Assembly: GCF_001194135.2 (NCBI RefSeq)
Contig: NC_068994.1
Span: 48,688,237 to 48,748,528 of the forward strand
Source of the DNA: Octopus bimaculoides
Taxonomy: Eukaryota
Direction: 5' to 3'
DNA: 60,292 bases
Below the pieces are notes generated by a model. It saw only the letters and a list, made by a program, of their open reading frames with translations. It was not told the DNA's origin and made no database searches. The translations under genes and the position numbers were made by a program. Below are positions 12,601 through 21,890 of this stretch, piece after piece (position 1 is the first letter of the stretch; every line of letters starts with the position of its first letter).

Positions 12601-14290
12601 GAGATGAGAGAGACAAGCAGAATGACAAAACAAAACGGAACGTAGAAGTATAAAATAGTACTCTTTTACTTGTTTCAGTCATTTGACTGTGGCCATGCTG
12701 GAGCACCACCTTTAGTTGAGAAAATCGACCCCAGGACTTATTCTTTGTAAGCCTAGTACTTACAAATATATATTTTTTAATTTATATATTTTCCTAACAT
12801 TCAATTCTGATTGTTTTCTGTGAAAATTTTGCATATGCTATGTAAGCAGCCCATTTCTTTGTGCACATTCAGTGTAAATGACCCATTTCTTAGTACATAT
12901 TCAGTGCAGGTGACCTATATTCTTATGCATATTCAGTGCAAGTGACCTACGTATCTGTAGTTGTTTGGTTGCTCCAACTGAAGTTGTAGAATAGCTTCAA
13001 CTTGACTTCAAATTAGAATCCCTTTGGGAACAACTTGACCACAAAGACTGTGCCTAGTTTGGCAAGTTTGGCACAGCAAACCTGAATCCCATTTATAATA
13101 TAGTTCCAAGTTGAAAATGCTGTTTCACTGGAGACAACAATATATTTCTACATATTCTATGCAGATAACCCATATTCAGTGCAAGCTATTTATAGCTGGG
13201 TGCATATTCTGCACAAACACCCCATACTTGTAGCAAGCAGCCTATAATTGTTTGTACATATATATGTCATATTTGGAGACGGCAATTTGTTTTTTACCAA
13301 TAAACACATGCACTATTTATTTGATCTTCTCTACTTTTATTATTATCATTATTTCTTTTTTTTAAACGTAGAATGTAAAGACAGACAAAATTCTGTTAAG
13401 CATTTCTCCCGACATTGCTAACGTTTCTTATTTCTTTACTGCCCACAGGGGGCTACACACAGAGAGGACAGACAAATGGATTAAGTCGATTACATCGACC
13501 CCAGTGTGTAACTGGTACTTAATTTATCGACCCCGGAAGGATGAAAGGCAAAGTCGACCTCGGCGGAATTTGAACTCAGAACATAACGGCAGATGAAATA
13601 CCGCTAAGCATTTCGCCCGGTGTGCTAATGTTTCTGCTAGCTTGCCGCCTTTATTATTATCATTATTATTAGTGGATGGAGAGAGAGAGAGAGAAAGAGA
13701 GAGTGAGAGAGACACACACACACACATAGGCAGACAGACAGACAAAGAGAGAGGGGGTAGAGAGAGAGAGAGTAGCAGGGTAAAAGAAAGAGGAAGAGGG
13801 AAATTTCAGAAACCTGAGGAAAAAAGTTGGGAATAGAGAAAGGGTAAGAAAATTGAGAGAGAGAGAGATAAAAACTGTACTAAGTACATGAAGTATGAAC
13901 CAAAAGCAAACTGTTCTCACCTGATCACATAACACATGAGATAAATCAGGCCAAGGTTCACCATAAATGCGAAGACGTGCTATACCACAACCTGACAGAG
14001 AAGAAGGATATTCATTAAAAAGAAAAATATAGAATTATGGTGTAGTTCACAACACACACACACACACATTTTGTCACTGACCCAACAGGATTTTAGGCTG
14101 CCCAACCAATATGTTTACAAGTTTTATTGATATTTAGTGTATAAACAATATCCATGCATGCAGGATATTGGTTCAGTTCTACAATGTGGTTGGTACCGTC
14201 TGAAAGTGTCTTCCACTATAGTCCTAAGCCAACCAAAGCCTTGTGAGTGGATGTTGTGGACAGAAACTGAAAGAAGTCCACTTCATTTAT

Positions 14291-14321
<31 letters not shown>

Positions 14322-16471
14322 ACACACAAACGTGTATTATGTATATGTGTGTGTGTGTCAATCCTTGTCTTAAAAGCACATACTGTTAACAAACACCATA
14401 GCCATTATATTGCAAGTAATGACAAGTATCTAGGCTTGTATATCGCTCAGTTCTCAATACTCAGTTGCAGGCAGGTCACTTCACACAGCTAATGGCCTTT
14501 AGATGAAATACGAATTAAACACAAAAAACACTTTTTTTTTTGATTTCCCATGAAAACCTTAAATTTTCATGTTGACCGAATAAAAACCTTGACAGGTAAA
14601 CCTTGTCTATGTAAAGTCAACATTTGAGGCTGAGGCTAAATGTAAACTAATGAAACACAACATACCAGAAAACACATTAAGGCGTACATGTGTCCACGGC
14701 TTTTTGTGGGAGATTGCAAAGAAATTGTGACAACAGGCAAGGTAACCTGGTTCTAATGGGCTTGATGGTACTAATTCTTCCCATTTCTGGAAAATAAACA
14801 GAACAAGGAATGAAGGATAATGGAAGTGGTGGTAGTAGTAGTAGTGGTGTGGTAATTATTGTAGTAATGATGATGATGATGACGACGATAGTGGCAATAG
14901 CAGCAGTGGTGGTGATGGTGATGATGGAAGTGCAAGAGTCGTACAAGGAGAGGCTGAAAATTCCTGGCTTTGGGTAAAAGAAAATACAGGAGGATCAGTT
15001 AATTATGATCTTATTCAACATAGTCCCTGCCACTCAGATTCACACACTTATTGCAGTGGTCCTTCAGTATTTCTAAGCCCTGAAAAAGAACTTGGAAAGT
15101 TGGGCCTCCAGCCAAGCTTTTCGCGATACCCTTAAAGCCAAGAACTTTTCAGCACCCCTTGTATAGTATTGGCAGTAACGGTATTAGAAGGGATCACAAC
15201 ACTGTTGGGTCAGCTCTGATCAAGCAGACATACAATTAAAGGCAATCCAGCCATGAACATCCCATCTTTCATTCAGACAAACTATATTGAAAAATACATT
15301 ATTCAATGTCTCCCTTCTTGTTTGTTTTTTTTTTTTTAAAGACAACAGGATCTGAACTGAGGTAGATTTGGCTGCTATTGTTCATAGCAAACAAGAGTTA
15401 AATGACCACCTAGAGGCTTGTTTGTTGGTTAATCAGTGATGATGAGGAGGAAGAGGAGAATACAAGTGATGGAGATGCTGCTCGATTGGGAAACATTACA
15501 GGAATTACAGCAGTGATAATGACAGCAATAGTGGTTACAAGAGAAATGGTGGTGTGGTGTGGTGTGGTGTGGTGGGTGTTGATGATGGAGGTAAAAAGTT
15601 GTAAATAAATTAAGAAAAAAAAAGAAAAAGAAAGAACATTATTTACATTAGACGGATATCTGTCAAATGTAAATAATGTAAATAATTCCTCATCTCTTAA
15701 ATATAGAACTGTAAAAAGAGAGAAAAAATATAACAAAAAATATACCGTATTTGGTGAGATCTGACCAGATTCCAGAGCAGCCCCTTCAAAAGAGATTCGA
15801 CGGGCATGGTTTGCAATGAAATAGGATGTGTCTACTTCAACACCATGCAATATTCCAGGAACACCTAATAATAATAATAAAAAAAAACAAGAGAAAACAA
15901 ATAATATTTGTAGAGCATCTGGACACCAGAATGGTGTGGTTTAGAAATGTTTAAAAAACTTTTATCAAGAAGGCAGCGAGAGAGAGAGAGAGTGAGAAAA
16001 ATGGAAAAGATAAAGAAAAGCAGTATGAGAAGTGATGAAGAGAAAGGCAGAGAAGAGGTGACAAAATGATGGAGTCGGGGAGGGGAGGGGAAGAAAAGAA
16101 AGGGATGATGTAAGATGGAAGAGAAAGATGAAGAAAAGTGAAAATGAAGAAGGGATTAGGAGAGGCAAGAAAGAGAAATGGAGAGATGGGCTTAGAGGAC
16201 AGGAGATAATAACCATGAAATATTGTTCATAGATGATATCAGACAATGCAGGAGAGAAAAGCAACATGAGTAAATCACACTCACTCTAGACATAAAAAAA
16301 AAAAAAAATTACTACCACTAACCTAACTGTACAATGCACCAATTTGGCTCTCCGATATCAAATGCTTGCCAACCATCCATGGGTTGCTGGTCGAGATTCC
16401 TAATTCTGCTTTCCTTCCACTGAGGTTTTGCAGTCTGAGACAAAATATAGTTAATGTTATTATTAGAAACA

Positions 16472-16518
<47 letters not shown>

Positions 16519-17317
16519 AGGCATTGAAGTGGCAAAATTGTTTGAATTGACAAAACTTTTCCTGCAAGTTTCATCAAATACCATTCATAACTTTTGAATT
16601 ATTTTGCACACAGACGGACAGATGGACAAACCCACGCCGATGAAAACATAACCTCCTTCCTTGGTGGAGGTAATGATGACTATCATTATTATTATTATTA
16701 TTATTATTAAGATGGCATGCTGATAGAACTGTTAGAGCATTGAACATAATACTTAGTGGTATTTCTGGCTCTTTATGTTCTGAGTTCAGACTCTGCCAGG
16801 GGTGAATTTGCCTTTCATCTTTTCCTTCTATTTTTTTCCTAATATGACCTTCTTTTTTTGAATAAGCAATTTTAAAATTTGGTAAAAGAAAAAAAAAAAA
16901 AACCAAAAAAAAAAAACCCTCTACTCCACATTTACAGACAGTAGTGCCATTTTCCTATCTATTACCAAAGAGTCTATTACAAGAAAACTAGTTATTTCTC
17001 ACTGCAAGAACACATAAATTACAGGATAACAGGTGTTACCTTTAAGAGATTTCCCACGCTGTTAGCAATTTCACTGGTTGCATATTGGATTTTCCCACCA
17101 ATCTGAAACAGAAGCAAATAAAATAACTATTAAGATCTTCAACTTAAAATTATATGAGATGTTACAAGTGTTGTTATGTAGTTAAGAAGCTTGCTTCCTA
17201 AGCATGTGGTTTCAGGTTCAATCCGACTGTGTAACAGCTTGGGTAAATATTTTCTAATATGACCCTAGGTCAACCAAAGCCTTGAGTGAATTTGGTAGAT
17301 GGAATCTGAAAGAAGCC

Positions 17318-17372
<55 letters not shown>

Positions 17373-20300
17373 CACACATATATATATACACACATATATA
17401 TATATATGTGTATGTATATATATATATTCACACACATACACACTGGTACCACGTTAAAAGCACCCAGTACATCCTATGGAGTGGTTGGTATTAGGAAGGA
17501 CATCCAGCCATAGAAACCATGCCAAAACAGACAATGGACCCTGGTGTGGCCCTTGACCTCACTAGCTCCAGTCATGCCAGCATCCATCTAATCCATGCCA
17601 GCACAGAAAACAGATGTTAAATGATAATGGAAACTTGAAGGGGAGGAGTTAATTCACTAAATCAACACTAATAATTAACTTGTGCTTTATTTCAAAAGGA
17701 TGAAAAGGGAAAATGATAAAATGACCTCTGCAGAATTTGAACTCAGAATGTAAGAGTCAGAACAGGGCATTTTTCTCTGCCCCTCTATTGGTTCCCCCAA
17801 TCCATCGAGGTCAACTTTGCCTTTCATCCTTAAGAGGTGGACAAAAAGTACCAGTCAAATACGACGTAAATTTTATTGACTAACCCCCTCCCCATCAAAT
17901 CTGTAGCCTTTTTACTTCTGTTAGAAACGATTATTATTATCATAATGGCCCTTGTGGCCAATAAAGAAAGAATTATTATTTTGCTTAGTGTACGATAGGA
18001 GCAATTCAGTAAATTGTCTCCCTTGAAAAAACACGGGGGAGAGAAAAGACTATCTTCGCGTACCCTCGCCACGAGTGAACCGAGAAACTATAAAAAAGAA
18101 AAAAAAATCGGGCGCAGCGCACACATACACTAGTGATTCATCAATATCAATTATCAGGCAATTAACACACTAATTAACATGACAGAATATAATGTAAGCA
18201 GTTGACAAGTAAATTACTGAAGGGAAATTTAACCACACTAAAGACAAAAACGAAAAAAAAAAAGGTGCAAGGGAAATAACCGGGTTGTTACCAAAATATA
18301 GACCATGCCGTCAGCACCAAATCCACTCTGACCTAGCAATGTCCTTCATTTTTTAAATGGTGAAATGTAACTTGGGCAAGATTTGGCTGCTATTCCTAGA
18401 AATTCGGGGGAGGACATAGAGGTTCTCTTTTCGGCCCATGAATTGATTTATTTAATATCAGATAGCAATTCCCACTCAGATTGATGATGTCTTTCCTCAA
18501 CCTGCTGCAGATAACTGGGGAGTAATACAATTGACTTTAATATTCAAAGTGCTGCCCCGGCATGGCCATAGTGCTATGGCTATAAAGAATAGCAGAATCC
18601 TTAATAGTCACCATCATCATCATTTTAACATCTACTTTTCCATTCTTGCCTGGGTCAGACAAGAGTATGTCAGGCAGAGTTTTCTATAGCCGATTGTTTT
18701 TCTTATCACTAACCCCTGACTGTTTCTCAATTAAATGTGGTAATAATGTCTCACTCTATCAATCCGCAAACAGTCCAGCCATGCTTACATGGAGAACTGG
18801 GAAAAGAAAAAAAAAACAATAAAAGAAGCCTTTTGATTACAAAAGTTGTGCAATATGTCAAGACATGTCAAGAAGCCCAATCATGCTTTCATAGTTGGCA
18901 GCAAGCAGTAAATAAACATAAAAATATAAAACTACAAAAAAAGTAGCAAACAAAAACAAAAAAAAAACATGAGCTGTCAACACTCAAAGAGACTTACGTT
19001 GATGATGTTGTTACACCTCGAGGTCACTTTTGTTTTGAGCAGATGTTATGATCAAAGATATTCCACCTATGACCATTCTGTTGTATTTTCAGGAATGTTT
19101 GTCAACTCTATAGACACAGGCGTGGCTGTGTGGTAAGAAGTTTAATTTCCAACTACATGGTTCTGGATTCAGTCCCAGTGTGGCACCTTGAGCAAGTGTC
19201 TTCTACTATAGCCTTGGGCCAACCAAAGCCTTGAGTGGATTTGGTAGACAGAAACTGATAGAAGCCCATCATACATACACACACATTATACCACATGGTT
19301 ACTACTCTAAGTATTTTCCAATATGCAAAACAAATTTTTCAGATCAAAATCTACAGCCCCAAATGGTAGATCAACTTATACACCAAGACACTGAAGGAGC
19401 AAAAATTTCATGTGAAATGTAGCAAGATTTGGAAAGATATGTTTACACTATATACTACATCGACTTGTATGATGGAAAATACAGTACTACAGCCATTATA
19501 TAACAACCCTTGGGCAAGGCATAGCTTACTACTGGCCTCAGCCTAATTGTTTCTGAGAGCAGATTAAAGGTTGACTTCATAGCATCAAGTTGTCAAAAAA
19601 AAAAAAAAAGAAAAAAAATGTCATAATGGGGTTTCACATGTTACACTTGTTTTTATTTTTTTATTTTTGTTTTTCATTTAGTGGTTTAATCAGAGGTGGA
19701 AAAGTATATAACCTTAAGACAGAGTTAATGAATCTAGTGAAGAAAATGAAGGGAAAAAAAACTAATTAATAGGGACCTGGTCTGAACCTTTTCAACAGAA
19801 CAAATTCTGCTAAAGACACTCAAGAGCCTGGTGGTGGTGTTAAAACTAAATGACACACACACACACACACACACACACTTATTTACTGATGGGAAAAAAA
19901 GGAAACAAAATAAAATGGGTTTGGTAGGTTTTAGAAAATACCATATTTAATTCCCATTTTAAGGAGTTTCAGTTGTCACAACAGGCTGAACAGAGTGAAT
20001 GACTATATTAAAGCAGCTTTTAGTAAGCAACAGTTGGTACTATCTTCAAAACAATATCACTCCTACACAATCCAGACAAGCATTTAACAAAGACAGATAC
20101 TTGCAAATGCACACAGACACGCACAATATAAAACAGCTGCAACATTAATGCAAACACTAAAGTCTTTAGTCTATGCCTGGCTGCCACTATTTTGCAATGA
20201 ATCACAATGGATTGATCACAGTCTGTGTTTGCCAGCCTGCTCTGTTGACTCCCAACACATGCACACATCATGCATACATGCCAGGGATTTATGTAATCGA

Positions 20301-21494
20301 CCTCTCAGCGATGAAATACAGAGACAACCCCTAGCACGATTTGAACTCAGAGTGCAGGAAAGAGGGAGGGAACTAAATACTGCAAGGCATTTTATGCAAC
20401 AGCCAACCATTTCTTATTTCTTTATTGCCCACAAGGGGCTAAACATAAAGGGGACAAACAAGGACAGCCAAAGGGATTAAGTCGATTACATCGATCGCAG
20501 TATGCCACTGGTACTTAATTTATCGACCCCGAAAGGATGAAAGGCAAAGTCGACCTTGGCGGAATTTGAACTCAAAACGTAACGGCAGACGAAATATCGC
20601 TAAGTATTTCGCCTGGTGTGCTAACGTTTCTGCCACTCAACTGCCAATAAAAGAACAGTCTTTAATCAATACAAAAAGTAGATTGAATAACAATACAGAA
20701 ACGGACATTGCATGCTCTGATTGACACATTGTACTCTTACTTGGTGAACAACTCAGCATGCCAGAGTGTGAGAGTAAAAACACAGTATCAGCAGAGTCTA
20801 GCGTATAGGATATCCATGTCATAAGAACCAATATACTGTTAATCCCAATCTGCTAATCTACTGATAGTGTCTACACCACGAGTTCTGCTCAGTTTAAATG
20901 GTTCTAACCATAAATATTCCTCAACACTAATAAAGATTTCTAACAAAGGCAAAAGACCACACATATCAACCTCAGTACTTGACTGGTATTTAGAGAGGAT
21001 GGTATTTGCTGATACCCTCAAGATGAAAGGCAAAGTGGACCTTGGTGGGATTTGAACTCAGAATGTGAAGAGTTAGAATGAAGCACAATGCATTTTGTCC
21101 AGCTCTCTAATGGCTCTGTCAACTACCTCCTTCAGTAATGGTAATGGTGATAATGGTTTCAAATTTTGGTACAAGGCCAGCAATTCTAAGAGAGGGGGTA
21201 GATTGACTACATTGACCCCTTATACACAATGAAACCACCAAACTACAGAGCAAACTGTCTACAAGAAGAATATTCTTCCACCAGCCTTGGACGACCTGAA
21301 AAGTATAAGGGACATCACTCTTCTGCCTCCAACTAAACCATAACATTTTTTTTTAATTTAAGGAAAAAAAGAAAAACAAATGAAATAAGCACCTTCTCAG
21401 AAGAAAGTTCTGGAAATGAAAGGAAATCAGGGCTACAGCCATTCTGTTCTTCTGTCAAATGCCTGGTGCTGACTTTTCTCACCTCAGCCTCCAT
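9361..21494 (-). CDS. ALLC: Allantoicase-like gene, spliced CDS of 11 coding exons (join complement 21494-21483, 17102-17040, 16434-16323, 15864-15746, 14786-14666, 13991-13921, 12536-12396, 11885-11840, 11386-11328, 10512-10455, 9662-9361), 367 aa, divergent and probably non-catalytic
   Basis: Exon lengths 12+63+112+119+121+71+141+46+59+58+302=1104 nt. All introns are GT..AG, phases match, and there is no internal stop. Translation: MEAEIGGKIQYATSEIANSVGNLLKTAKPQWKESRIRNLDQQPMDGWQAFDIGEPNWCIVQLGVPGILHGVEVDTSYFIANHARRISFEGAALESGQISPNTKWEELVPSSPLEPGYLACCHNFFAISHKKPWTHVRLNVFSGCGIARLRIYGEPWPDLSHVLCDQLLDLLSLMNGSMCLAASCPTMKQLALTIHLPSATDSQLSTNQRFSRENDQLPICESQNIFKAGNWQEVWAIYRLACPGNISKVELKTGKFHGKFLAFLTIDACSMSAEQEKMVEKSFKSETTKCSDQVPWFVLVSSTGLLPCSTHTIQIASHIVRSHIRLRLTLLLPSPSPVEHRLESSMDSLLEHVHIWGHKSTQHLCRL. 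It is colinear with recalled allantoicase motifs ([63 protein letters not shown]). Orthologue versus paralogue status is not determined. Confidence 0.9.
9735..10330. mobile_element. Rearranged mariner relic in the last ALLC-like intron, with a nested SINE
   Basis: TIR-like gaggtgaagtcagaaattatccgcact at ~9738; plus-strand N-terminal piece (PLAICTKEQ.., ~10100-10140); inverted piece on minus VYEWIKKF...SVTHEEGAGRLLTSTTDEKIQQAREMVM. Confidence 0.75.
9789..9987 (+). mobile_element. 5'-truncated retroposon with (GAT)n tail (family C) and 8-bp target-site duplication
   Basis: ttgccttc at 9781-9788 and 9988-9995 flanks the insert; same family at ~25-218, 28300-28950 and 33915-34275. Confidence 0.85.
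10455..10512 (-). CDS. ALLC: ALLC-like exon 10 (VELKTGKFHGKFLAFLTID-A)
   Basis: Acceptor ctttatttccatttcag, donor ATG|gtaaga, 58 nt, phase 0-1; aligns ungapped to [20 protein letters not shown]. Confidence 0.9.
11328..11386 (-). CDS. ALLC: ALLC-like exon 9 (G-NWQEVWAIYRLACPGNISK)
   Basis: Acceptor gttttttttttccag, donor AAA|gtaagc, 59 nt, phase 1-0; WAIYRLACPG matches [10 protein letters not shown]. Confidence 0.9.
11840..11885 (-). CDS. ALLC: ALLC-like exon 8 (NDQLPICESQNIFKA-G)
   Basis: Acceptor tcttctatattctag, donor CAG|gtatgt, 46 nt, phase 0-1; bridges exons 7 and 9 in frame. Confidence 0.8.
12055..12276. mobile_element. piggyBac-like MITE (12-bp TIR ccttttagtgtt, degenerate TTAA flanks)
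   Basis: Left ctaa-ccttttagtgttt, right gaacactaaaagg-ctaa; lies in the intron between exons 7 and 8. Confidence 0.55.
12396..12536 (-). CDS. ALLC: ALLC-like exon 7 (LLDLLSLMNGSMCLAAS...NQRFSRE), start of repeat 2
   Basis: Acceptor ctccatcaacttacag, donor GAG|gtaagc, 141 nt, phase 0-0; DLLSLMNGSMCL matches a DLVAIAFGGVCV-type segment. Confidence 0.88.
12830..13260 (+). repeat. Degenerate ~32-bp minisatellite in intron 6, split by a ~190-bp spacer
   Basis: Unit approx. catattcagtgcaagtgacctatattcttatg repeated ~4x (12830-12950) and again ~13150-13260. Confidence 0.6.
13921..13991 (-). CDS. ALLC: ALLC-like exon 6 (G-CGIARLRIYGEPWPDLSHVLCDQ)
   Basis: Acceptor ccttcttctctgtcag, donor CAG|gtgaga, 71 nt, phase 1-0; GIARLRIYG motif. 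Confidence 0.95.
14666..14786 (-). CDS. ALLC: ALLC-like exon 5 (KWEELVP...HNFF...WTHVRLNVFS-G)
   Basis: Acceptor ctgtttattttccag, donor CTG|gtatgt, 121 nt, phase 0-1; HNFF and WTHVRLN are allantoicase hallmarks. Confidence 0.95.
14944..15161 (+). mobile_element. Mariner-type MITE, ~28-bp imperfect TIRs, TA target duplication
   Basis: ta-caaggagaggctgaaaattcctggcttt ... aaagccaagaacttttcagcaccccttg-ta. Confidence 0.8.
15746..15864 (-). CDS. ALLC: ALLC-like exon 4 (G-VPGILHGVEVDTSYFIANHARRISFEGAALESGQISPNT)
   Basis: Acceptor ttattattattag, donor ACG|gtatat, 119 nt, phase 1-0; homologous to GVIRGFDVDxSYFTGxYAPRVSI. The donor position is less certain than the acceptor. Confidence 0.88.
16323..16434 (-). 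CDS. ALLC: ALLC-like exon 3 (TAKPQW...PMDGWQAFDIGEPNWCIVQL-G)
   Basis: Acceptor atattttgtctcag, donor TAG|gttagt, 112 nt, phase 0-1; contains MDGW and NWCIVQLG. Confidence 0.92.
16545..16672 (+). mobile_element. Helentron/DINE-1-like 3' end (cagacggacagatggaca microsatellite + acctcc..ggaggt stem)
   Basis: Motif aaaacataacctccttccttggtggaggtaa preceded by a GACA/GACG repeat; assignment from recalled element architecture only. Confidence 0.35.
17040..17102 (-). CDS. ALLC: ALLC-like exon 2 (IGGKIQYATSEIANSVGNLLK)
   Basis: Acceptor tttgcttctgtttcag, donor AAG|gtaaca, 63 nt, phase 0-0; aligns to [21 protein letters not shown]-type segment. Confidence 0.9.
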
Positions 21495-21507
21495 CTTTCA
21501 GCTACAT
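21483..21507 (-). CDS. ALLC: ALLC-like coding exon 1 (25 nt; 13 nt UTR + ATG GAG GCT GAG = MEAE; CDS part 21494-21483)
   Basis: Acceptor ttttcctttattttacag, donor GAG|gtgaga, ATG in aagATGG context, phase 0 matches exon 2. Too short for homology support; a small extra exon between it and exon 2 cannot be excluded. Confidence 0.55.
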
Positions 21508-21616
21508 CTGTAAAATAAAGGAAAACTGTTTTTTAGATTTAGAAATAATAGATTTCTAAATCTCTCAGAGAGATTTATGCAGTGGTGATACAACGAAGTA
21601 GTTGTATGCTGTCAAC

Positions 21617-21890
21617 TTAATGTGACAGTCCCCTGAAGGGAATAATACTACTGTTGGTTAGACCGAGGAAGCTGCACCACTTCTTGTCGGCCTTGACACA
21701 TTTCCTGTGTCCTTATGTTTACAAGGGGGAGACAAGAACCTCCACCCAGCTAAGCCTGCACCCAGAGGCATGTTTCTGAGTCTTTGCTCATCATCAGTCT
21801 GGAGTAAACATAAGGACACAGGAAATGTGGTGCAGCTTCCTAGGTCTAACCAACAGTAGTATTATTCCCTTCAGGGGACTGTCACATTAA
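21617..21890. mobile_element. 274-bp fold-back element with ~87-bp inverted arms, TTAA at both ends
   Basis: Right arm 21804-21890 is the reverse complement of 21617-21722 apart from one mismatch and a ~19-nt insertion in the left arm. Confidence 0.9.

Noticed and set aside
18060-18085. 24-nt candidate exon FLGSLVAR between coding exons 1 and 2
   Set aside because: Strong acceptor and correct phase, but a mediocre donor (AGG|gtacgc) and unconvincing homology; left out of the model, not disproved.
20741-20940. Segment EIFISVEEYLWLEPFKLSRTRGVDT and donor CAA|gtaaga
   Set aside because: Superficial resemblance to the WMDGWE region, but the true homologous exon is at 16323-16434, and no stop-free phase-compatible exon can be built.
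21238-21296. Strong acceptor followed by VVQGWWKNILLVDSLLCSL (another frame reads SKAGGRIFF)
   Set aside because: No adequate phase-0 donor; the GGRIFF frame stops after a few codons.
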